From the NCBI GenBank assembly GCA_000182565.2, contig KQ257456.1: a stretch of DNA of 64,000 nt; one strand, 5' to 3'. Both the position numbers and the translations under genes were made by a program. The DNA is from Spizellomyces punctatus DAOM BR117 (lineage: Eukaryota). A model generated the notes under the pieces. That model had not been told where the DNA came from. It was given only the letters and a program-made list of their open reading frames with translations, and did no database searches. Positions 35,516 through 49,420 of this stretch are shown piece after piece. The number at the start of each line of letters is the position of its first letter. Position 1 is the stretch's first letter.

Positions 35516-37758
35516 TTACGCCTTCTTCTTGTTTCGGTTTAAAGTCTCAATACTCTTGTAACTACCCCACAGTGAGTCCCAAAGTCTATCAAGAGAAAAG
35601 TGTCAAATCGGATCACCGTCATGGTGTGCCATGATCAAAAGACTCTGCTCACCTAAAATTCAGAGAAAAGTTGCACATTGGGTATAAATGGTGCATCTCA
35701 TGGTCTTCTGGAATCTGCGACAGACCCACAGGACTCAGGACTTGCTGTAGCCAGGCAAACGGATTGCCAAAGTACAGAAGCGGGTGCATTTTCATTCCCG
35801 TATGGCCAATGACAAAGATCTGGCCAACAAGCAGTCAGATACCGGCTGCTCATTTTCATGGAGCAAAAAAAGAATGCAGAGTCTCATTACCTTGAATTGC
35901 GATAGCCATGCTAGGCGTAACGTCAGCATGTTGAATGAAGGCATCAGATCCATCAGGATGACGCTGATCAGAATGGAAGGGCCGATCAACAAAAAGTTCT
36001 CGATCCATGCAGCATAGCCTGTTGAGAAAGCCTAGGTGAATGTGTTAGGGAACTCAATACCGAGAAATCAAACAACGAGATGGCTCACATTGATGTTGCG
36101 CTTTTCATGGTGATGCTGCACAATTGGAGAGGAAATAAGGTGAATCAAGGTACTCGCATTACATGTCTTGGTCGTATCCAAGTTACTTACGCTATGTACC
36201 CAATTCCAAAGGACCTTGTTTTTGTGCATGTACCGATGTCCATAAAAGTACCTGCACAGATTGACACAGAATTATTTGGCAAATATTCTAGAACAGTGTC
36301 GTTTATTCATTCCTTCTTACCAAATGTCTTGGAGGAAAAAGACAACCAACTGAAAGAGGATCACCTGCCAGAAGTCAAACTTGTATGTAATCTTTGGGTA
36401 GACGCTCTCCCATCGAGCCGCAATATACAAGACGGGCATGGTGACGATGCTTGTTGCAGCAAAATAATTCATAATGTAATCCCGATCTTCCGGCAGTGCA
36501 AGCTACTCGTATCAAGAAAGTATCATAAGTACGGAAATGGCAGAGTCAGATCTTGTCAGATGGATACCTGATGTCTTTGAACCCATCCACGTCGATACAG
36601 GAATTTGGTCCATTGGTAAATTAGCTCAATGTAAAGAACGCCGACGAAGCCAAAGAGAAGGATATAATTTGTGCTATTGACGAGCTTTATGCTCCAATCG
36701 TAGGAGAGACCGCTTTTCGACACCACTGTGGCCGCCAAAGAGGCATAAGCCCCATACGTGGTCCAAAAGAGATCCTTGGCTGTCGGGACGATGTATGCAA
36801 CAGTGTGGTTCATGAGGAACTGTTTGAATGAGATGGAGGGACGCTGTCGCAGTCTGCTTTCTCGCTCTATAAAGCCCAAAACCTGCCAAGAACTAAATGT
36901 CTACAAGCAAAAAACGCTTGCTGCAAAAAGTTTTGTTCTTGCTTGTGATAAATCAAGGTTATGGTTTGGACGAACGACGAAGTTTTCTTCTTTTTCTTTT
37001 GCCAATGCCTCTTCAAAACGACGATGCAATTCACACTGGGGCGCTAAAAAGCCGAAAATGGGGGACACGGTCACGTTTACCTTTTTCGCTGATGTCGCAC
37101 CCAAAGAGGCTGTCGTGGATTGGGCTTTTTGCATATGACAGCCCTCAAACGATCTTTTTTTTCACGAGGGTTGAAGAGCTCACATGTCCCGCAATGACGG
37201 GGGGCTGAACTTCAAAAAGTATGGATGGTGAGCAACAAACGCATAATCCAACCAACCAAAGATGAAGCGCTCTGTTTGAGGACGCTTTCTGGGACACATG
37301 TAATCAAGATTAGTTTCAAACCAGTATTGATGATGAAAGCGCAGACTTTGGAGCAGCACCGCCAGATCTGCTCAAGAAAAAAAGTGTGCGATCAGAGTGT
37401 TCATGTTAGTCATTCGCCAAACGTATTTTTTTTTTTCCACTCTGGCTCGTCATCATCCGCAACCGTCGTCAAATGACTGACAATCTAATCTTGCGGTGCT
37501 ATCCTTTCATGAATCAGTCTTTAAAAGTCCATTAGCTACTCACATTACATACGTATGCAACAATCGTTTGTCCAAGCTAAACAATTCTTCAGAGTTGGAA
37601 ATCTCGAGGATAGACTTGAGTATTAGAATATACTCCAAGCTTGGCTTTACAAGCAAGTGTGCTCCACGGTACAGCATTTCCTGCAGGTCCGCATGAAAGA
37701 CTCGGTCGGCATACTTGGACTGGCTATATACACTCAAAACCTCCAAAGCCTTCACGAA
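35516..37758 (-). CDS. Fatty-acid hydroxylase / sterol desaturase superfamily protein with unexplained N-terminal extension; 5' end uncertain
   Basis: Spliced His boxes W|YFYGHRYMH, WVHS|HHHE, IGHTG, EDHEMHH, then NFSLNFR|LWDSLWGSY; upstream exons splice in frame at least to about 37360. Confidence 0.8.
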
Positions 37759-39513
37759 CTGTCATGAGTGCATATGGCCGTGGAAAACGATTGGAATCCA
37801 AAAGACGAGCCACGCGAGCAAAGAAATCATTCCGCCCGCGTGAGTTGTTTTCTGTGCGCGAACGGAGACTTGAGCGTGATGGTCAAAAATTTCGTTTACT
37901 ATTTTATTTTAAAAGGGAACTTTTGTTGTTTAATTTCCAAAGGATTTTAAACAATTAGTTCTCCTGCTGACTTGCTGCTGCTTGCCCACTTGACTCGCAG
38001 ACGATCGGGGGGTTCTTTAACTGGCCAAAATCCATCTCTGAACAACAAACATGATGGCGATCCATGCAAAGGTTGGAGCTTTTGGAGCTTTTTGGCTGAT
38101 GGTTAAAGTCATTAGCAAGTTTACAGCACAGCCGGGGACGGGACAGAAATGCCAAGAGTACCGGGCATGCGTAGCAAAAGACGACCATGCAGCATCAATT
38201 TGTGTGCAAGGAGAGTCCAAGCTATCCTTCCCGGTGTCGGCTGGAGCAAATTCCATCAAAAGGTTTAGGATCCAGGACAAAGTCATTTGTACGCGCATCT
38301 TATTAGCAATTCTTGGGTAAATTTTAGATCAACTTTGCCAACGCTGGTTAACCAAAGTGTTATTGTGCCAATGGTCCGACAACCAAGAGGAGGGGGGGAA
38401 AAGGAAATTTAAAAGAGTCCAACAAAAAGAACAAAAGCACTGCATGGAAGCAATTTGCCAGACACCAAAATGATACAGTGTAATTAACGACATCATAGTC
38501 CATCGCATGGGTGCCATGCAAATGTTTGTGATCTACTACGACCATTATTTGTTTATCCAAAACCCATCCTTGAAATGGATCTTGCCTTAGGAGTGATAAT
38601 CCATGTTCATAAGGCAAAATTACGCCGGCCTAGTCACGTAGTTTAAGGTATGCCATGGAACTGTCTGGGATTTCAATAGTCCCCCTGCGAGGGTTCAAAG
38701 GACCACCATTTCAAAGCAAAAAGTGTATCTTTTGGAGTAGTTATCCAACCGACCACGCTCTCTGGACCTCCTTCTGTTTGCGGGGAAGAAGATTTCCCCA
38801 GATTCCACACCAAACTTCGCCTTGTGCTGCAGCGCTGAAGCGCTACGACAACATCTGGCAATAGAACCTTCGATTCACCTTTTTCTTTTCAACATTGGAA
38901 ACCCCCCGATGTTGCCGAACAAAGGACATGACCATCGTCTTGCTGTGGATTGCCAAGTAGCTAGTGGCACCGCATGGTTTCGATCCATTCAAACATACAA
39001 CGTCCCCTGTCCATGTGCTGTTCCCTTTTCATGATGATCGAGCTTAACAAACTATCTGTGCTTGCTTGGGGCCTTGCTCTGAACAGGAAGATCCAACTCC
39101 ATACCATTTACTGGATGGCTCGCTGGGTCATTCGCATCTGTCGTTTTCTTCAGATGCGACACAGCCTTTGTTCCGTAGTAGGGATAATGCGCTTAAAAAT
39201 CCAGGAGGCATGACGAAATGTTCTGCTACCTCCTGCCTTTCGTCCTATTCATCTTTTTTCAGTAAACCATTCAATTTGTGCTCGGATAACGCTTGGCGCC
39301 AGAGTCAAACATCGGCCATCTGTCTCCGCTCTCCCTCCAAAGCTCTCGTCCAAAGTTAAAAAGGCTCCATCGCCTGTCTCCCCCATCACATCAGCACCAG
39401 CAATCAAGGACATCGACTTTACAAAGCGGATCAGCCAGAGTGGAATCTCGAACCAATCTTCTTGCACCTCATACAACCAGACCTTCCAAGTTTCCTCAAC
39501 TTGTCTTTCCATA

Positions 39514-40915
39514 ATGGCTCTTCTCCGCAGTTTTGTCGCACTCCTTGCATGTGCTGCCATCGGCACTCAAGCCGCTCCAGCTGTTGATCAGCTCCAATCT
39601 CGCGGCGCTGCGCGTCGTCAGGCTCAGAATGCTGAAGCCGTCCGGCTCCAGTTTATGTCCGATGTATGTTCTTGATGATGTGATTTAGCTCGCTAATTTT
39701 CGATAAACTCATGTTGTTTTCATACTAGATTTTGGGAGCTCCTGCTTCCTCCAACATGGTTAAAGACCTCAGTTCCGACGCCATTAAGAACGTCATTGTC
39801 ACCAAAGCCGACCCAGCCAAGGATGCACCCGTGAGTCCAGCTTTTACGGCTTCAGAAGCCACCAATGCGACTCAATCCAACTTGGTGGCTCGAAGCTTCG
39901 TGAGTGGTGCGCAGCTTGACGATCTCAAGCTTCACCAAGCCTACGCTGCTGCCTCTTGTACGTTTCAACTGCGTCTCATCTTCAATGCTTTATCACGTTG
40001 ATATCTGACATGTTTTCTGCCTATAGATTGCCTCGCTGGTATCGAAAACTGGACTTGCCGGGAGCGTTGCTCTGGACCTACCGCCGGAACGATTATCGTC
40101 AAAAAGTTTGACACACTGCTCACCAACACTGTCGGTTTCGTCGGATACAACCCATCTCAGAAGGCTATCATTGTCTCGTTCCGTGGAACTCTCTCAATCC
40201 GAAACGCAATCAATGACCTCAAGTTCTACAAGGTTGATGCTGACTACAAACTGAACAGAATCAAGGTTCCCGATGGCGCCAAAATCCATGGTGGATTCGG
40301 GGATGCCTACAATGCCGCTGCTAGCACGGTCCGCAGTGCCGTTCAGCAAATCTTGAATGGACCCGGCAAAGATTTCAATATTCACGTTGTTGGCCACAGC
40401 ATGGGTGGAGCCATCGGCATTCTTGGTGCGATCGACCTTTACGATTTCCTCGGCGAATCCTTTGGTAACAAGATTAAAGTCTACTCTTTCGGCGAGCCTC
40501 GGTATGTGCTTAGTTACGCGTCTTTTCGTTCATCTACCATGATTTGCTGAACTGTTTTGACATTTAGTGTTGGAAACAAGGCCTGGGCAAGCTGGGTTTA
40601 CACTCTCCCCTTCTTCAGCAACATGTTCCGTGTTACCCACAACACCGACATTGTCCCCCACCTCCCTCCCAAAGCTTTCGACTTTTTGCACCACCGTGCA
40701 GAATACTGGATCACCTCCAAGGGCGACTTGTCCACCTGCGACGACTCCTTGGGTGAGGCGGCAGCCTGTGCTGGCAGCGTGATCATTCCTTCCATCGTTG
40801 CTCACTTGGTTGGATACTTTGACATTCCTTTTGGGTAAGTGCAGATGCGCCTTTGTAATCTTTCTGAAGCACAGATAATTAACTGTATTTCTCTTTCAAT
40901 AGACCATGGTGCTGA
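39514..40915 (+). CDS. Secreted class 3 lipase, multi-exon
   Basis: Signal peptide MALLRSFVALLACAAIG; VSFRGT; IHGGF; VGHSMGG; YSFGEPR; DIVPHLP. Confidence 0.93.
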
Positions 40916-41687
40916 GCGCCGTTCCGATTGTTTACAGTTCTTGTGGGGCATAAATTATCCTATGCCGGTCAAGGATAATTTTGCGTGAGATTCTATGCAG
41001 TACCCTTAGTTAGAAATAGTAAATACAGAGTAATGTACTAGATAGCCTGGCGCTTTCGGATCAACTTATACCTCTCTTAGTACTCCCCGTAGTATCAATA
41101 TACCTAGTAGTTGAGCCTCAAACTTTTTATTTTTTTTTTATTTGTCTATCAGGTGAGAAGAATTAATGTCTGTCAGATTCATCTCATGATTGCAGGCTGC
41201 TGAAACCAAGCCACGACTGTCGGTTGAATCATGAGAATACAGATGTGGTGGTGCCGAGGACCTCGCCCTCCCGACAAAAACAACATAACCCCTTGCAAAT
41301 GCTGCTACTACTATACTGCTACGATCGCAGGTATTTCTTGCTGATTTTCCCACGCCCGTATTCCGAGTCTAATTATTCTGATTTTACTAGTATCTGAACA
41401 TCCTCCGACTCAAGAATTTCGGAATCAAAGGCCTAGTAGGATTTCTCTCGTGTGGTGGGCAAATTATCCGGTTTATAAGAGCCATTGCGTGTATAATTGC
41501 CTAGTAGTAGTTTAAAGGATTGATGTGGTCCTTTAGATTTCATGCTTCTTACTGTACTCACATCTGCGATCAGAAATGATCAAAGATGACTACGTTATTT
41601 GGAGCTTTTCAATACATTGGGAGAGAAATGTGCACGTGGTCGAAAAAAGCTTCCCATTATAATTTTTTTGGGGAGTGAGATAGTCAT

Positions 41688-41770
41688 GGCGAGATGGCCG
41701 AGTTGGTCTAAGGCGTCAGGTTAAGGCCCTGATCTCTCCGGAGGCGTGGGTTCAAATCCCACTCTCGTCA
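41688..41770 (+). tRNA. tRNA-Leu(AAG), intronless
   Basis: Acceptor GGCGAGA/TCTCGTC; A box TGGCCGAGTTGG; anticodon arm TCAGG-TTAAGGC-CCTGA; long variable arm; GGTTCAAATCC; T-run terminator at 41791-41796. Confidence 0.96.
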
Positions 41771-41919
41771 CTCCCGAACTCCGAAAACTCTTTTTTGTCG
41801 AGTACCCTCTGGATGAGGAGAGATGAGGAGATGTCACTGAATTTGATTCTTGAAAACGAACTCTAGGTTGGTCAAGTCGGTCAAACTTCTAGTTTTCAAG
41901 GATCTAATCGTGAATAAAC

Positions 41920-42816
41920 ATGCAGCGATGGTTTGACGAGTGCAACTCTAGAGAGCTTCTCGCCCAATTCTTCCTCTCCGATCCAGTCCTATTCAACTAC
42001 CATCTGGGGGACCTTGATGATTTTTACTTTCCGCATTGCACGTGGCAAACGGCTGTCGACTCTGACGGGAACCTGAAAGCGGTCGTTTTACTCTACCATC
42101 CTCCCACCCGAAGCACACCAGTTGTCCTGGCACTTTCGAAAGACGAGGATGAGTTTGGGCAACTGGTGGCGCACCTAACAAAGAATCGTTTCTTCCCGGA
42201 GACATTCTGGTGCCATTTCTCGGCAGATTTCATGGAGATGGTCGATCCTGCATATCGTCTGTCTATAAATACTCCTTTTCCAGACGTCAACTTTAAGATG
42301 CGCTTGGGCCCAGATGGTGTCGATCTGTGTCGGCAGGCTCTGAAGCAGAAATCTTTTTCCGGTCAACTACTTCGTCTGACATCGTCCCCGGACCACCTTG
42401 CTGCTGCCATGGACCTGTACCGCACCGTCCCCTCAATACATTTTGACCCACGGATGCTTCACACTCATTTCTATTATGGTGTGATGGAACCCTCGAGTAC
42501 ATCTACCATGCCACGATTACTATGCATCGCTGGAGTTCATGTGCATTCTACAGAGTATAAGCTAGCGGTCATTGGAAGTGTTGCTACTCGCCCTGGCTTT
42601 CGTGGTGCTGGGTATGCAACTGCATGTGTAGCAATGTGCGTTTTGCAGCTAATAGAAGAGGGTGGGTGTCGCCCTGATCGGATTGGATTGAACGTGGAAG
42701 AAACGACTGCTCCTGCAAGGCGAATTTATGATAAACTTGGTTTTTTGCCTGTTCATACTATTTTAGAAGGAGAGTTTGTTGCGGAGAGTTTGTTGCTGCA
42801 TGTAGATGAACCATAG
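41920..42816 (+). CDS. GNAT N-acetyltransferase (FR47-like C-terminal domain), single exon
   Basis: YHLGDLDD N-terminal motif; IAGVH; IGSVATRPGFRGAGYA acetyl-CoA motif; GLNV...ARRIYDKLGF. Confidence 0.88.
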   Translation: MQRWFDECNSRELLAQFFLSDPVLFNYHLGDLDDFYFPHCTWQTAVDSDGNLKAVVLLYHPPTRSTPVVLALSKDEDEFGQLVAHLTKNRFFPETFWCHFSADFMEMVDPAYRLSINTPFPDVNFKMRLGPDGVDLCRQALKQKSFSGQLLRLTSSPDHLAAAMDLYRTVPSIHFDPRMLHTHFYYGVMEPSSTSTMPRLLCIAGVHVHSTEYKLAVIGSVATRPGFRGAGYATACVAMCVLQLIEEGGCRPDRIGLNVEETTAPARRIYDKLGFLPVHTILEGEFVAESLLLHVDEP

Positions 42817-43179
42817 TAAACAGTATTCTGTATTTTTTTATGTTGCTTTACCCTGCGTTCCCAACATAATAGACTTTCTACTCTCTCTCCGCACTTTCGA
42901 TTTTAAAAGGTTTTACGATATAATGGATATAATAGCGCGGATATGCTCCCAATACGTTACCGAATAGATTCAGCGCAACCAAGGAGAGCACCATATTGTG
43001 CATTTCCCTACCCCTCTTCTTTTTTGTATGTTTTTTCTAATGTGGTTTCCTGATGTCTATAGATGTAATAGTTCAGACCTCCTTTTAAGGGGCCTGGCAA
43101 TAGATTCAAAGCAACCAAATGGACCTAGTTTCACACCACGGTGGATGGTATTGAGATCCGTAGAGTCCATCACTGTGTC

Positions 43180-45549
43180 TTAGTTACCCCAGCTGCCCCA
43201 GCCGCTCCAAGTGTCCGCTGAGCTGACCCAGCCTCCAGTAGACGGAGGGTCATTTTTAGCCGCTCTGGGGCAAACTCCAGTAGCAGCGCTCTGCTTGATG
43301 ATATCCGCCGCCTTCTCGCTCATCATATACGTAGGAGTCGCGATAAAGAAACCGGGAATCTTTGGCCAAACAGAGGCATCAACAATACGAAGACCGTTCA
43401 CACCGTGGACCTTGAAGTTATTGTCGACAACAGCAGTGGGATCTGAGGCTTTTCCCATTTTGGCTGTTCCGCAGGCGTGGTGGCCCCAAGAGTTTTGTTT
43501 GATGTAGTTAACAATATCAGCGTCGGTTTTAACGTTGGCGCCTGGGAAGATCTCGTGGTCGACGTACTGACCGTGAGTAATAAGGTTTCGAACCTGTTTA
43601 ACTGCACCTGCAACGGTCAAAAGGTCTGTGTCTCCATCCGCGTAATACTTGAAGTCGATCGCAGGGGTGTCGCGGTAATCAGTGGAGGTGATCGTGACAG
43701 TACCCAAAGTGTTGTTGGTGTGTGCTTTTAGAATGAGGAACGAGAACACGTTTTTGCTATCCGCAATTTCCTGAGGGTAACCTTTGATGTAGCCGTGGAA
43801 GTTGAGCGGTCCACCAAAGATGTAAAGGTCAGGATCGGGAACGGTTGGTACGGAGCGTTGGGTTATTCCGAGGAAAACTCCGTTTGTACCGTAAATGCTG
43901 CTTTCCCACTTTTTGGCAGCGCACGTCGAGGTCAAACCTCGCTTGTAAGCAGTGAAACATGGATCGTTCGGATCCGCGGTGAATTTACAATTCTTGAGTA
44001 GCTCCCAGTCCTGCTTCATGGCAACGTTTACGGAAATCTCGTACCGATCTTGAAGGTTCTTACCTACACCGGGAAGGTGAAGGCGAGGTTGGAATTTTTC
44101 AGCACCTGGACCACCCTCCTTGCTCTTGTATTTTTGTAGGTCGTTCATATCGCCAATACCCGATAGCTGAAGAATCTGCGGGGTGTTGAAAGTACCAGCG
44201 GAGAGGATAACTTCACGCTTTGCGCGAACAGTACTAAGCGGTAATGGCTTTATATTGCTAGCAAGAGGAGACGCACGGTAGAGGGCTCGACCTTGAGTGT
44301 ACTTGACACCTCGGACATTGGTACCATCGATGTCAAGGGATGTGACCAGAGTGTTTGTCCAGATGGTGAGAGGGCGAATGAATGGCTGTTTGTTTGTCTT
44401 CTGGTCATCTCCGCTGAGTTTACAAATAGGATCGAGCGATGCTTCTCGTTCGAGCTCATCTTGAATGAGTTGATAGACGGAGCTTCTCTCCCTACGGGGA
44501 GTCACAGCTGTCGGCACCAGGTGCCATCCTTCGGCACTTGTTCCGCCTGGTGCATTGACGTCGCCTCCAGGGGTACCGGGAACGGTACTAACCAGGTCAG
44601 TGAACAGACTAACGAGCTGCGGGTCTGGAGGGTTGTAGAGTAGAGACATGTCTGGAAGCTGGGTTTGCAACCATCCATTGTATCCATGACCGTTGTCAGC
44701 ACTGCCATCGTCGCTGCAGAATGAGTTGCTGGTCTCGAGACGTTGGAACAATGGGCGCATATTCTCGTCGCGGAACTAAGGAAAGCGATGCATGCAAAGA
44801 TTAGAACATTTGGCGCAGAGAGAAATCAGGAGATTGTAATTATAAACCTACCGAAGAATCATTGAAAGTTTTGGCGATTGAGTTCCAATCAGACGGGTGC
44901 GGGTACATGTGAATCATGGCTAAGAAGAATGACTTATCAGTTAGATGCAGTTGAAGCAATCAGGTGGTATTCAGACATACATACCATTGTGTACTGTGCA
45001 CCCTCCCAAAGAACTGACTCGGGGATACCAAACTTTATCACGCTTCGGAAGACCCTGGGAGATGGAATAGTCCCAAGCAATGTTGGGATCTTCATTTGAT
45101 CGAGCGTGGAAAGCCGGAATAGTGGTATTGTTGGATTCATAATCGGAACCAGCTTCAATGAGAAGAACGGCGAAACCTGCGCGAGCGAGACGAACGGCTA
45201 GAGGTCCACCTCCGGCCCCACTGCCGACAACTAGTATCAAAATCAGGGTTAGAAGGTGAAGGCGGCCGTGAGCAACTAGGGGTGAGCCTACCGATATAAT
45301 CAAAGTTTGCGTCCTTGGCCACACCATCCCCACTGCATTTTAAAGCGGGATATCCAGCAGGAGAATAGGAACTGCATGCGGGTGTGGACGCGCGGGCAGC
45401 TACATTTGATATCATCAATTTCAATTGACATGTACAACGTCCAAAGTCGTCGCTTAAGTACCTAAGTTGGGCTTTGAAACAGCAGCCGTGCTGGTCGTAG
45501 CTAGACCCAAAGCCAAGGCTGCAACAGCTCCGAAAGTCAATGTCTTCAT
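43180..45549 (-). CDS. Secreted GMC oxidoreductase (AA3-type), multi-exon
   Basis: Signal peptide MKTLTFGAVAALALGL; VVGSGAGGG FAD motif; LGGCTVHN; EVILSAGTFNTPQILQLSGIG; HHACGTAKMG; IVDASVWP. Confidence 0.93.
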
Positions 45550-48500
45550 TTTTGAGTTATAGTGGTATTCAATCCCTGATATCTGAAGACGAAGAGGGGG
45601 CCTGTTCGATTCCTGGGGATATTTTGGTCCCTCGTTCTTTTATGCGCTTCATTGGTAGATAGCTTGCGTACCAGAAACAGAATGCTCACGCCGTCCACCC
45701 ACAAACAGACCAGTGCATCTGTTGATAAAACATTCGTTGCAAACAATGTTACCGGCGTTACCTCAAGCATAGTTCTAAACAGTGAACAATAGTCTATATT
45801 TATGTTCTTGGTGTTTTCAATCTTCATATACCAACAGAGAATGGCGTCCTGAGAAGTGGTTGTGAGGAACCAGCCCTGTCACTATTTGCAGGCCGTGGAT
45901 CCATTTACCGACATAAAGCATTCTAAAAATAGAGTGAACTTTACTCGATGCATCCCAGGTGTCTGGGTTTGCCTTACCCGCCTCGTCAATATTGTCCGAA
46001 ATGACATTTCAATGTTTGGCATTTAGCATGGCAAGGAGCAAGAAAAAGATGCTGTACTGAAATGTGAATGTTGTCTCTTTTCATCCTACTGTCAAGGCGG
46101 AAGGAATTCGGAGGGGTGATGAATATGTCCCGTTTCATCGCGAAGGTATTTTCAATATACTGCCGTAACATTTAACTTCCGGTGTAAATACGACCCAAAG
46201 TGCATCGTTCCAGTGGTTTCTGTGAAGCAACACTTACAGTTGTTTCAGTAAGTGGTTAAGTTCCTCCACAACCTAGGCCCAATCACGAATGCATTCACAT
46301 AGAGAGGAGCAAACACCTGGGAAGGGTTAACGCCAAGCTACAAGTGCAGGTATCATCGCTTTAACAGATCGATATAATCATCCAGCTCAAGAAGCGGTCC
46401 TAACAAGTAAATTGTATCAAACACATAATAGAAGGATTCAGTAAAGAGAAATCTTTACCAGCGCTAAATGACCACTATGGTTTACTAGACTACTAAACAT
46501 TATGCTTTACCTCTTGAGCAGGTAAACATGACAGCCGAAATTCCTTAAACTTTGGACCTACCACATCTGCCTCATCAACCAAATTGGGCCCGCACCGCAA
46601 CTTGGCTACTCAAAAGCTAGTCAGATTGCGACGCTTTGTCGAACAAAAGCGCATTAGGCAAATATATCAAGTAGTAAAACTACCAGGATACGGATTATAT
46701 TCCCGCACCAAACGGCTTGTAGGACGTATTAGAATATACCAAAAAGCACAATGGGTACGGATCCTCTGCCGCCAATCCCACCCTAAGGACCCTATTACCT
46801 CTCCTCCATCTGAGACCGTTGCCTTAATATGCTACATCCCTTCATCGAGGTGATACGCTGCGTCTCCTCAATGTACCAGTCCATCCACATCACCCGCTCC
46901 GTAAGGTGCTGCAAAGCTCATGGAGCCGCGGTATTCAGACAGAAGGTGCCTCTTAAAAGTCGGACGAATGCTAACTGCGCGGATAGCGTGATTAGGGCAA
47001 GGGGATGAAGCTGTACCGAGCCGGAGACTGGTAGCAGCCATTATGGCATTCATGTATCATAATGGATGGATGTTGAGTATGCTCGCGGATTTATCCACAA
47101 AGGTGTTCGATAAGGATTCATGGTTTTTCCGACACTTTACTCCTTCCCCGCAAGTCCAGGTTCTGCCTGCGACTGATCGAAGCGCTGCAAGATCCCGTTC
47201 AAGCTGTTCCTCAATGCGTGCATGTTTGGAGTTCGGAATCCAGCAGCAATTTTGTGGCGGATCGTACGAAATCAAGCTTTGCGGGAACCAACTGGGACGG
47301 AGATGGTAGCCATGCATTCCTTGGCCATGAATTTGATATCAACGTTGGAAAAAAGTGGGTGGACTGTATTGCTTCTGTTGAGATTAGCAGTGCGCATGGG
47401 CCAAATGGTACTTCTCACGGGGATTTGGAGAGCTGGGTTTTAAAGACGATGTGGATCTTTGGTATATGATGGTGCCGTATTTCAGAGGGTAGAGATGCTT
47501 TTTGCCGCCTTCCTAATGTGAAAAGATTGATGATGAGATGTTCCGTTTCGGGTACATATTAATGGATATAACCTGGAACTGCTTGCGGATCGCTACTTCC
47601 AGTTTCTGTATTTAAGATATCAATGAAGATAACCTAAATGTCCTCAAGCAGACTCGGCAAATCGGCCGGTTCCAAACTCTATATGATGTGAATGTATATT
47701 AGAAGGTTCAGCGGACCTGAAAACAGCTTCCAAGAAGATACAAAATGTCATCCGTCGTCAGAAACCTCCAATGGCGGACGATCTACGAACCAGATACCTG
47801 CCGCTAGAGGGAAACGAGAAGCACTTTGTAACAACCTTCCCATCGAACCATGCATGCAAAGAACCAAAGATGTGGAAAAGGTCTTTTGCATTAGCAAACA
47901 ACATTTCCGCATCTGATCAGTGATGCCTTCAATCTCAGGAGTTTCCTTGATTGATCGGATGTCTATTCAGAGTCCTCTATATAGATCTTTTCCTAGTGGT
48001 AACGATTCTCCTTTTTCGAATCACTATCGAACGTCTCCTTCAACACCCTTGATATGAGAATGTGTTGGTACGTCAAAGAGTGAATATGCTTCAAGCATTA
48101 CTGAGGGACAAATACTCTCCGAGTCGGCAGCATGAACTTGACCAGAATGCTCAACCGATCTGGTAACCGATCTTGGACAACTGACTGATCATAATTGTGC
48201 TTATCGCTTGGAGTAAGCATTTGTAGAAGGCCCTTCCCAATCTTCAGCGCAGCTCATAGCATTAGACAGACAGTATGTATATTTCGACAACCTACAGAGC
48301 AGAAACATGACAATCCCCTATTCAATGCTCTGTATTGGTACTCTGACTCTCGCTGCACGTCGGCCCACTCTCAAAGTGAACTTTCCTGCCGCTCTTGTCC
48401 TCGCAAACTATGGTATCTTCCACAATTGGCAATTCGCCTGTAAGGGGATTGGGTGTCGGGGCAGCTGCCATGTGCTGCATGCGTTGTCCAGCCTCAACGG

Positions 48501-49420
48501 CCGCCCGGTCGCCACCTAGTTGCGTGGTGTAGAATTGAAGTCCGGCTTCCGAGTTGAATTGAGACATGGGGTTGGATCGAGCATGTCGTCCGCCTCCGCC
48601 TTCAGCCCCTACGGGGTCGTGCACGGCTATGCGAGCGCCCGGTGAGTGTGCTTTCTTTTTTTCGCCAGTCATTATTGCGCTTGTGGAGATCCTGTCAGGT
48701 AGAGAATATCTTCCTGGCAAAGTGCAATCGTGTATGAAGTTTGAGAAGCTGCATTTTGTGACCTAAAAGATTGGACAATTTACGTAAGGGCACTTTGGAC
48801 GAGGGACTTGCAACGTCTTTGGACAAATTGCAAGCACCATCAGATACCATTCTCAAATAAAGTATGGGTTTGGATATGCCATGTCATTTCACCTGAAAGA
48901 CAAAAGTTCATTTACCGGTCGTCAAAGTCCATCTTACCACTGCAACTCAATTGTCAACTCTATATTTCTTGTTCCAAGGTTTATGCATCCCACGCAGAAC
49001 CCCCATTTCCCTTGAGGTTCGTTGTTTCCTTGGGTTTACTTTGCCTGGAAGTCCCCTCTGGGTGCTTACGGGCTTTTAAGGATGCGGTCCCATCTTTGGA
49101 CACAAAAAGCGCCCAAATACGTGCTTAGAAGGCCCGAGCAAAGCGCGCGACTTTACAACCGAACTTTGGCAATTTGGGGACATCTCTTTCTTTGGGACCT
49201 CATTTAACTGTTTTTACTTGTCTTGTTCGTCTTCTTCTTTTACTCCCATTCCGGCTGTTGCTCCCGAATCACAACTACAAGTCGTTATTTTGACGTTCAA
49301 CGTTATCCACCAGCTCTTTTTGTGTACCTCATACATTCACCCACGTTTTGCAACGCTGCCGAAACTCCCAATAGCCACACCTCTTAAGAGCTAATTGTAG
49401 ACAGTGTCGCATGCCCTGCC

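Noticed and set aside
41169-41244. Hairpin TCTCATGATT...AATCATGAGA upstream of the tRNA
   Set aside because: 10-bp arms built on a self-palindromic core; compatible with chance
46850-48720. Coding-like stretch with LPNVKRL / LPNLQR words (possible F-box/LRR remnant) and a 132-aa minus ORF
   Set aside because: Frequent stops in all frames and no coherent gene model
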